Origin: Balanoglossus misakiensis
Lineage: Eukaryota > Animalia > Hemichordata
NCBI GenBank assembly: GCA_040954595.2
Contig: CM082592.2
Location: forward strand, 5,880,308 to 5,944,307
Reading direction: 5' to 3'
DNA: 64,000 nt
Each line of letters starts with the position of its first letter. The first letter of the stretch is position 1. The notes under the pieces were generated by a model. The model did no database searches. It worked only from the letters and a program-made list of their open reading frames with translations, and was not told where the DNA came from. Shown here piece by piece: positions 25,801 through 36,015 of the stretch. A program made the position numbers and the translations under genes.

Positions 25801-27714
25801 TCAGAGGTAGGACATAGTGATTATTGCAGTGGGCATATCAAGTCACGCTTTCAGTAAGTTGCAGTGTATACAAATGGACCCAAACACGCATATCCAAGCA
25901 AGGGTCTACTGGACTTCAGTAGCTTCATTTATGATGTACACCAATAGTGTGATCAAAGCATTGACATTTTGTGTATTTGCTCATAGAGTACATCAGTAGA
26001 TACTGTTGACTTGAAATAAATGTTTTCAAAATCACCTGACTCAGAATGTGGTAGCACCATCTATTTTCAGAGAATTTGAATTCAACAATCACTCTGACAT
26101 TTCATCCCAGGTGTACCAGGTGTACAAGTGGACAGATTTCAGGAGGCCATGCAAGTCAAGCACTGTGCCTTGTCGTTGGTCGGCGAACCAATCATGTACC
26201 CAGAAATCAACAAGTTTGTTCGGCTGCTACACAGCCAGGCCATCTCTACCTTCCTTGTCACCAATGCGCAGTTTCCAGATGCGATCAGGTGAGACCGTTT
26301 TGCATGACATAATGTCTTGTGCACCTGGACAGTCCTTGAAAGGTGTGGACCTAATTGATCCTAAAAGTCTAACAGTCCTAACATGTATGTCATGTTTTGA
26401 TTGCAGACAACTGGTGCCTGTGACCCAGCTGTATGTCAGTGTAGATGCTAGCACCAAGGACAGCCTTAAGAAGATTGACAGACCCCTCTTCAGGGATTTT
26501 TGGCCAAGATTTCTGGACAGTCTGCAGGCTCTCTCAGAAAAGGTGTGCATCTACTTCGATTTTGGCATCAGTTGTTACCTTACGTATAATGGTATAACTG
26601 TGCTATTATGACAGTGGACTTTTTGAATGGCATATTAAACAACTGACAGTTGTCAGCTATAGTGTCCATCACCCATAATATTATACACTGGTCTCTGTTT
26701 ACTTATCCAGGGTCAGAGGACTGTGTACAGACTGACACTCGTCAAAGCATGGAACACGGACGAAATACAGGCATACGCTGAACTCATAGGAATTGGAAAG
26801 CCAGATTTTATTGAAATCAAGGTATGATGAATATTCACTTTTTGCGATGATTTATCAGTGAGAGGTATTTTTATCTAGAGTAGACTGAGGGATTGTGAGA
26901 TTTGCAGAATTTGGAAATGTATACTTTATGTCACGGTACATGTCCGATCCATGCAATGGCCACCATATTTTGGCCAATTTAGTTTCTTTCGATGGATTAT
27001 TCATGTGTTACTTGTATGAATTTTCACAGGGAGTGACGTACTGCGGAGAATCCAAAGCCAGCAACCTGACCATGGAGAACATCCCCTGGCACGAAGAAGT
27101 AATCTTGTTTGTACAGAAACTGTGCGATCAACTGCCAGAGTATGAAATAGCCTGTGAACACGAACACTCCAACTGTGTACTCATAGCAAATAAGAAGGCA
27201 TGTATCTTATGTATTTGACTGAAATTTGCACCATTCATGGGTTGATAATTGTATCACATGATTGTCACATGATACAATTTAACCACTCAGGTGACAGAAC
27301 TAGGCACATGTCATTACCATACCATCAGTATTCAGTATGTAAAACTACCCTATTCTGCACAAACTGTTGAAAAAAGTATAGAGATTCCTTGGATGAGTAT
27401 TTATTCAATCTTGCTTGCAGATATCAAGTCAGTAAAGAGAATTCATGGGTATCAAGTAGTTTAAAATGGTCAAATTCTTTTTCTCTTTTTCACAGTTTTT
27501 CATGGACGGTGCATGGCATACGTGGATAGACTATGAAAAATTCCATCAACTGATACAACGCTACAATGAGAGTGATGGCAAAGACTCTTTCACAGCTTCA
27601 GATTACATGGCTAAGACACCACCTTGGGCAGTCTTTGGCAGTGAGGAACATGGTTTCGATCCAGTCGAGACAAGATTCCATCGGAAGAAGAAAAAAGACA
27701 TTTCTGGATGTTGA
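22857..27714 (+). CDS. TYW1: tRNA 4-demethylwyosine synthase TYW1 (N-terminal TM, flavodoxin domain, radical SAM domain), ~16 coding exons
   Basis: IFFASQTGTAK and YAIFGLGNSEY flavodoxin motifs, GYKLIGSHSGVKLCRWTK, CxxxCxxC motif ACANKCVFCWRHHTNPVG, HCALSLVGEP, QLYVSVDA, KGVTYCG, CEHEHSNC, C-terminus FDPVETRFHRKKKKDISGC*. Last intron is GC-AG. Confidence 0.96.
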
Positions 27715-28030
27715 CAATACTGTGCTTGTCATTGATAAGTTGGTAGCAGATCTTTCTTGCAGAGATGCCAATTTTTCAAACATAATTTATGACAAAGAAA
27801 CTTGTTTCATTAATGTAGTCATTGACATCATGCTGACACACAGGGTATATTACTTTGGATGCACAATCCAGCATTAAACAACAAAGCCTTATTTTTCTAT
27901 CCATATGAAACAAAAACAGTCCATTGATTTTTTGGAGCGTGCAAAATAGCGCCCTCAGTGCCGATTTTGACAAATTCATGCCCACGTACACATTCTGGGA
28001 GGTTGTTGCAACCATTGTAACCCAGTCATA

Positions 28031-29458
28031 TCAGTCACTGTAGACATCATCTGGTTCTCCACTCCCAACACTTGGCGCTTTAGCGATGACGAGGGAACAA
28101 CTGCGAATAGACTTCTGGACTGCTGCTCTCTCCTCTGAAAAAAATGTCAGTATTGTGGTGGTGATTACATATAGTTATAAGATTTCCGATACAGTTCTTT
28201 TAAACAGTGTGTGCCACCAACCTACACAAACTATTACCAAGCATGCATCCAACTCACTCCACATCATGACATCTTTCCACTCATACGTGTTAACTCAAAT
28301 AAACCATACTTGAGCAAACTTATGAATAGAAGGGTTAAAAGCAGGGTTATATAACATTCACATGGAATGAGTTTCTAACCACTTCTATTGTAGAGAGTTT
28401 AAGAGAGGAAACAAATAATTTTGCCTTACCTTGTGTTTTACATTTCTGAAGTAACACAACTAACTGTTGTCGGCCATAGCTTTGTAGAAACTTCTGACAT
28501 GACCGTATTGTACCTGGAAAGTATATATGGTGGGTATTCATTAATACATGCATCCGAAGCTGAACAATATCAAATTCTGAACATGCAAGCTAAGCAATCC
28601 TACATTCTGACATCTAACATTCTTAGATACTGACAGAGCCCAGGCTTGACATGACAATGCTTGATTCAGAAGCCAGGAGTACATGTACTGATCCTAGATG
28701 CTGAACAAGCCACAGCCAGCCGATGATACCCCAACTGAGTGACATACACTGGTAACTTACCACCAACATGCAATGTACGCAAGAAGCAACTTTCCTTCCC
28801 TATTGCTCTGATGAATGGCAATGCCGACCACAACAACTTGTAGTAGTCTCTTCTCGCTCTAATGAGTACAGTCCTTGTGTAAATGTTCAGATATTTCACT
28901 GCAATAAAAATCGCGTCAGGTAAACATTTATCTACATCACTGGTCATGTGTCATGTTTACTGACGTGCAGAGTTGTGAATGTAAATAATGTATACTTCAT
29001 ACATATTCACCATGAGGGAAAAATAGACAGATTTACCATAGAGTCCAGGAAGGCTAACTCCAATACCATAATCTCCATGCACTTTTTCTATGGCATCTTT
29101 TATGGCATTGTAGACAGATTGCTCATCTACACGGTGTAGTAACTTGCTCTTCTCGTATACAAATTCACACACCAGATACCTGATCAAATGAGATAGAAAA
29201 ATACATGTACAGTAATAAGATAAGTTTACAGCTTCATCCAAGAAACAACCATGACTGTATGGTCTGACAAGATCCTTGGCCGAACACCCGGAAGCTCAGT
29301 GCAGTGTCGGCTGCTACAGCCAACCAGCCAGCTGAAGGCACCAATCGGTCGGTACGTTGGCCCTGCCCCTAATATGTATGGCGCAAGTGACCGTCAGACA
29401 CTCTCGCCATACTGCTAGTTTTGTGAAGCCAATCTTACCTATTTTTAAAACGAACCAT
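28031..29458 (-). CDS. POP5: RNase P/MRP subunit POP5, 162 aa; exons 29439-29458, 29037-29179, 28761-28898, 28430-28513, 28031-28134
   Basis: MVRFKNRYLVCE...VHGDYG...VKYLNIYTRTVLIRARRDYYKLLWSALPFI...TLHVGGTIRSCQKFL. Exons sum to 489 nt with canonical splice sites. Confidence 0.93.
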
Positions 29459-29942
29459 ACTTTCGAATGGTTTTCCTTTGCAGAGGAGAGTGGTACACAC
29501 GTGTGTACCTTTCGTTTTACCTCTTGGATTTGTACGTACTTCCGGTTAGCAGAGCTGCCGTTGGGGGCGTTTTGAAACCAGCAAAACTGTGGGGTGTCTG
29601 CTGGACCATCATGATCCACGGCAGTTAACATTCCTACCCCCGGCAAAAAAAACTGACAAAGTTGCATGTTTCTAAGTACTCCTCCATTTATTGTTAGGTG
29701 TAAAAATACATGTCAAAATTATAAACATATTGTATATCATTATAAATATGTCCTATCTTACTCCATCTCCACTGACTGCACATATCACATGAGCTAAATC
29801 CTCATTGCCTTCTTCCAGAATTGTAAATCCATAAAATGGTAGTGAGCCCTGCATAGAGGACAACACATAAATGCTATCATTGCTGCAATCAAAACGAAGA
29901 ACTAAGCTTCTTTAAAGTCCAAACAGCTTGCAGAGAAAATAT

Positions 29943-31563
29943 TTAATCCTCAAGGATTTCATTCTCCTCTGCCGCAGAATCACTGTCACTATCATCAGAT
30001 TCGTCCTCGCGGTATCTGGAGGTTAAAGTCAAGGGCATAACTGCATAGAAATACTACACTCTACATATTATATGGTTAAATTTATCAAGTTACCCCAATT
30101 AACCCAATGACCGATAATCAAACGAGACTGCATGCCTATTCCAATTTAATGCCCACTGGTGCTTGTTCTGCACACAAGATGGACAGAAGATGGGATATGA
30201 CCAAACTGTTGGTGGAAAGGATACGCTAAATCTTCCTGATTTGGTAGGTATGGTTCCATTTTGATATTCATTCTCTGTGACAGTCTTTCAGCCGCTTGTT
30301 TAGCGTAAAGTTCCTAATATGCAAAAGAGAACATAAAAGTTTTAACAGGTACGACTAGCAGCTTACTGGTGTCAAGCGCCCTCTATGGCAGGGTTGCTGA
30401 TAGATTTGGGATACATGTATTTCAGGCAGGACCACGAACAGAATTAATGAACTCTACCTCATATTTCTTCTGCTGTTCCTGTTCTAGGACAATCGACTCT
30501 TCCATGTCCACAAGTTTTGAACCTTCAACATGTCTGAGTCTCGGTGGAGCGACCGCAGAAATCTCTTCCACCTTGTCCCTGGGGAAAGGACTTTTCATTC
30601 TAGTGGGAAGGGGTTCAGGTTTGTGCAAGTCGTCTGGCAGTTTGTTGGAGTGTAGAGTCTTGTACGGCCTGAAAACCTCTCGCTTTTGCTCCTGTGGTTT
30701 CGAGAATGGATTCCCGGGTTCGCTTCCTTTTTGACTTGAAGTCCTCTTTTTGAACAGTGATTCCTTTTTGATTGTTCCCTCCTCTTGGTTCCCTGGCATT
30801 TTGCTTTCAGACGCAGACGTTCTTTCAAATGTCTTGTCATCTCTCAGACAACTGTCATCGTTATTTTCTCTCATGTCTCCTTCCTCATCGTCACTGTCAA
30901 GCTGTTCATCCAACACAGAATCTTTCGGAACAATCCTCATTTTTTCGAACAGTTCTGCCGTTTGGTCGATCTGCTCCCTTTCCTTGATTAGCAACTGCAG
31001 CTTTTCTGCAAATGTTTGTATTTTCTTTCCCTTGTCAGGAAGTTTTTGAAGGAATTTTCTGAAATCATAATGGAAAATTAGTGATGGCCAACAACAGTAG
31101 TTCTAAAGGGGAAGTTTAATAAATGAATGAATGGATGGATGGATGGATGGATGGATGGATGAATGAATGAATGAATGAATGAATGAATGAATGAATGAAT
31201 GAATGAATGAATGAATGAATGAATGAATGAACACAACTGAAGATACAACAGAATCCTCTTAAAAGACAACGCAATATGTGAATTTATCACCATGTGTTGA
31301 TAAATATTACAGCTTTGGTAACGGCTACTGCTATGTGTGGTATCGGTAACATCGTGGGACTCCGGGGCGCAAGAGAACGGGCATGACGCCTGTGCTTTGG
31401 TAAACACATGTTTACAAATTGTACGTCTTCGTTCAGCAGGTGAGCGAAATGAAACTTACCCATTGCGCAAAATATTCTGCTGTCTGTTTAATAAATCAAT
31501 CAGCTCTGCTTTCGTATATTTCTCCATGTTCCCAAGATCTCCTTGCTTGTGTAGGTGAGCCAT
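29943..31563 (-). CDS. POLR2M: RNA polymerase II subunit GRINL1A/Gdown1; exons 31460-31563, 30458-31058, 30225-30313, 29943-30015
   Basis: Diagnostic N-terminal ELIDLLNRQQNILRNGKFLQKLPDKGKKI and C-terminal ESIVLEQEQQKKYEELYAKQAAERLSQRMNIKM...YREDESDD. Frame closes. Last intron is U12-type. Confidence 0.88.
31121..31230. repeat. Compound tetranucleotide microsatellite (GGAT)n(GAAT)n in POLR2M intron 1
   Basis: Directly visible tandem array. Confidence 0.95.
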
Positions 31564-32214
31564 GTTAGCGGATGAAACCACCGGCTCAAAGGTACTACGA
31601 GTAAACAATAAATTGCTTACAAGGTAATTTCCTCATTTGTGTCGATGTCTGCCATGTTTTATATAGGTGCGCATGCTCATTTCACTTTACGGGATCAACC
31701 ATTGGATATCAAGGGGTGGGTGGGATCAAAATGGAGGGGGGGGGGGCATACAACGAGAAAACCATGAAAGCAAAGGTTACAAGTTGCACTGAGGATGGCC
31801 TGGAACTGCAATATTTATGTTAACTAAAATTCTACCGTGACTTTGAAGTTCTATCATTTGTCCATTGATCCACTGGAGACTATTGTGAGTAACTTGAATG
31901 AAGAAGCGTACACAACTATGGATGTTCAATTCATTTTTATTTGTGAAATATTGTAAATACTGCTTAAAAATTTCCTTATATTTATTTGGCTGAAAGTTTA
32001 CAAACTACACAATCATTTCAAAGGAAAACAAATAAAAGCAGCAATTCTACATTCCATCATAAAACAGCACTGATTCCATAATGTAAAATAGGATATTGCG
32101 GAAAATTTTGTTATCAAATACAGATGGACAACTGTAATTTTTCGCCATTGTTTTTTTAATTTATCATCACTTTTCTTCTAAATATTATTTTCATAATATT
32201 TATTTATCATAATG

Positions 32215-34552
32215 TTAAAAAGGTACACCATTGAAGTCTTGCATCTCCTGTTTCCTGTCCGAATACGTCTGCCTCCTGAAGTATGGATCATTTCTTCTGC
32301 CTTCCCAGCTTCTCTGACCTCTTCTATGACCTTCAGACAGACATCATAAATTTATCATTAAGGATGTATGATCAGTAAAATTGAAAGTATTGCCAATTGT
32401 TTTAACTGACAGCAATAATCATTTCATAAAAAGAAATTTGTAAAAACTATACCTTGATGATCACCTCTGTATCCCCTCGACTGGTGTTGATTGTCACAAG
32501 CAATTCTGACCGTTATGTTCATACCAGTGTCTTTGTACTCCTGAAATCAAAGTGCAATGCCTGTTACTGAACAGGTTCTGGTCTGATCCACATACTTCAT
32601 GCAAACGAGCAGAAACTTAGTCACATGTCAAATATTTAATATCACAAGAAAACATTTTATCAATTCAAGAAAATGTTCATCAATGCCAAATGGTCGCTCA
32701 ATATGATTTCACCTGTAGTGTTCATTTCATCATGGTGCTACAATAGTACACAACGTCTTTTTATTTAGGAAGCTTTGGGACTTGGCTTAGATTATATATC
32801 TCTGCGTTTGAGTCAACATATACTAGTATTCCAGTACTTACTTTGTCATCAAGGCCCAGAGCTTGCTGTAAAGTCTCCTGGTCACTGAACTCTACAAAAC
32901 CAAATGCTTTACGGACAAAAAAGTAAACTAACATTAATAACTGAATTAATGTCGTATGACAAGATACGAGTCACTGAAATCTATCCAGGCTAACCCTGGC
33001 ACAGCACATACAGTGACATTGGCAAAATGAATTGTTTGTTTGCAATACAGGGTACCACCATGGCTTTTGTCCCCTTCGCTAATGATGAAATAATTTTAAT
33101 AATGGAAATATCCTGTTTGATTTATTAGCTGCAAATACAACTTACCGTATCTGTCTCTTTTGACAATTCTAGGCTCCTTTTCAATCTGGAATGAAGATAT
33201 AGTGAAAAAAAATGAGATTGACGTATTTTATGGCATTCACCTACAGCTGTTACTAGACAAAGTAAAAGGCAACAGTAAGTAGTTGTATATCTTGTGAAGA
33301 ATATTTATAGAAAAAAAAAGTCTTTCATTTGAGGCAAAAGATATCTGATCATACTTACTATCAAACCATCAAACAGTTTTCTCAAATCAGCCACTGTACA
33401 ATCGACTGGTAGATTCCCGACAAAGGCTTTGAACTGTGGTTTTCCATGCGAATTTCCCCTATCATGAATGCCACTGGTAGCACTACCGTGTCTGCCTGGG
33501 TTGTAGTGTTCATCGTGGGTGTTTGCAGAGCTACTGTCGTCGCTGCTTGTGAGGGAATTACCGCAGGAGTCTTGAGTTGGAGGCGGACGCTTGGTGTGGC
33601 TATCACCACGAGCACGGTCTCGTGTTGGAGGGGTCAGTCTTGTCTGGGTAGTACTGCCAGGGGTTTGCTTTGGTGGTGAGCCGTGATTTCGTCTGTAGTG
33701 AAAGATGGTAAATTTTAAACTCAAAGCTTTCAACATCCAAAGCCACAAACAAATCCATCCACTCATAAACACTACATACTTTACATACCGTACACACATA
33801 CATACATACATGGTGCATGCATGCTTTTCTGGAATCCCAATTGGTGTTTTTTTTCGCAAGCCTACGTTTTATTTATGAGCAATACATACTATAGTGATTT
33901 ACCTTTCAAGATTTTTCAGAGCATCTATATATTTCTCTCTTTCCATTCCATGTCCCCTGGCAGCATTGAAGGCATCTATGGCCCTGTCAGCTGACCATCC
34001 GAGGCAATCCATCAAATATCGACATACAATATATCCGCTTCTATTGATGCCATGCGTGCAGTGTACCCCGACTACTGTCCTTTCGTTTTCTTCCAAATAG
34101 CGTTGGACCGTTCTCTGGAATTCCATGACCCTCTCCTCCTTGGGCACAATGTGCCCCTCTGTGAAGATTTTCTTGTGTAAAACCCCGTTCCTGGTGATGT
34201 CCCCCACGTTGTAGTATCTTGTCGTGTACGTCAAATCCACAACCAAACCCAAGCTGGGTATCCGAAGCAAATCCTCAACAGTGAAGCGCAAATGTTCGTC
34301 CTCTCCAAACCAGCTTCTGTGCAAGGGAGTCTTCATAGCAAATATATTTGTGCCCTCAATAACATCACCAAAGTTCGTGTAGTCTTCCCACCGATCAGGT
34401 ATCCTCGTATTTTTCTTTGGCGGCATTCTATTAAAATTCCTTGAAGGCGATCTTCGGGGCATCTTCGGATCAACCAGTGTAGCATTTCTTGAAAACTCTC
34501 TTCGGGAAATGTTCTGATTAATATTAACCAGTCTAGACATATTTCGGGACAT
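32215..34552 (-). CDS. DUSP11/PIR1-like RNA 5'-triphosphatase fused to an eIF4H/eIF4B-like RRM, 430 aa; exons 33903-34552, 33359-33692, 33146-33185, 32842-32906, 32453-32540, 32215-32330
   Basis: Exon 1: IPDRWEDY...KTPL...VDLTYTTRYY...GVHCTHGINRSGY...FNAARGH (DUSP11/baculovirus PTP signature). Downstream exons splice in frame (1293 nt total) to give PQFKAFVGNLP (RNP2) and YAFGFVEF (RNP1), then an Arg/Gly-rich tail. Confidence 0.85.
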
Positions 34553-35907
34553 GTTTCAGATCAACAAGCCCAGAATTTATGAATGAATGAATCGACTGTA
34601 TCTAGCTGTACGATTCATTTTTGATCTAGTTAGTAGACTAGTAGTCTATGGTTAAACCAACCTTCCCTGTAGTACATGTACTATGTAGCCTGAGTCGTTT
34701 TACTTCCGGTTTCACAAGGTTTTCCACGTAAGATAGAGCAAGCCAAAACCTGGGCACCGCTAGATAATCGGTAGCTCGTTTACACAACTATAAGTAATCA
34801 GGAAACGGTTGAAAGGAAACAAACGCGTGAATTGAACAATTCAGACGCCACATTACCATGACACATTAAACAGGCTTGCAGCGAGCAAGTCAATGCGGGC
34901 TATGTCCACCTCACGCCGCCGCGACGGTCTGGTCCGTCCACGTCGCGTCGTTTCTTCCTGGTCTTATATGTAGCAGACAGCCCACAGACAGTTCTTCTAT
35001 GTGTTGTAGGATGTTATGAGAAAACGTCGGTCGACGAACAGTATTTAATTTTCGCGATTAACAGCTTTAGTCGATCCGCAAGACCCCTGACGCTGCACCA
35101 AACTATGGCTTCCACCGGCGATGACGTAAGCCGGTGAAGCGCGCCCACAACGACCAACAGTCGCTGATCTATCGCCGGTACGGTAGGCGCAGTACACTGC
35201 AACATTTACCGGGAAGCAGTATGGCAAAATTGAAAATTTCATTTATATCACAGCCTTGGTTAAAGTGCACAGAACACTGTTAAATAAAAAAGAAAGCACA
35301 CACAAATGCACATCTTGTAGATCTATGTTTTAATGATGAATTTATTCAACAATATCAGACCCCGGCAAGTGTTGAATATCCAGTCGCTTTACACTTGTGA
35401 GAGAAGACCAGAAAGTTATTATAAAAGTAAATATCCTTTTATATCAATTGCAGCTGGAGAACACAAGTTTGGTGCAATGTCCACAGAAATCCTTCCATGA
35501 CTATATCTCAGTGGCCAGACCAGCGTAACGAATCGAGCAAAACAGAAATAAATAATGGGTGCTATGACAACCAATCTCCATGGTTACACATTCAGAAAAT
35601 TAAAGTTTCAAATCACTGTGGTTTTAATCAGCGTCACATTTCGCGTCAGCTGCATTCCAGCTTGTCCACCCAGTGTGTTTGTAAACACTGAGAATTATTA
35701 AAGTGCAAGATAACTCTGACAGAACATAAACCAGACATTTCTTTTTCCCAATGATTTTTCTCTCGAAAGTACTGAGGAAACCATCCCCTAGCCCTAGTAC
35801 CATCTACAACTACCCACTACTAGAACAACTTATGAATGGTTAAAAATAAAACAAAGTATACCAATACTGGTAAAAAATTAAAAGTTAGAGACTGTCAGTT
35901 TGTCACT

Positions 35908-36001
35908 TTAACCCTTTCATGACCATGTGGTTTGGTCAAATTCATTGTTTTCAATGGTAAAGTTGGACCTCTATAACAGGAACTGGGAGTGAAAGGGTTA
36001 A
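35908..36001. mobile_element. piggyBac-type MITE, copy 1 (TTAA target duplication; CCCTTTCA...TGAAAGGG TIRs)
   Basis: TTAA|CCCTTTCA...TGAAAGGG|TTAA. Internal sequence (cattgttttc..tggtaa.gttggacctcta...ggaactggg) is shared with the copy at 55572. Confidence 0.8.
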
Positions 36002-36015
36002 AAGAGCAATAAAAA

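Noticed and set aside
26822-26890. C/D snoRNA-like ATGATGA...CTGA in a TYW1 intron
   Set aside because: The C box overlaps the splice donor, and there is no terminal stem or recognisable guide.
29230-29430. A complete RNase P RNA gene inside POP5 (GGAAGCTCA, GGTCTGA and TCAGAC words)
   Set aside because: Motif order is wrong, CR-I and CR-V consensus are incomplete, and the segment is too short. Kept only as a structured-intron finding.
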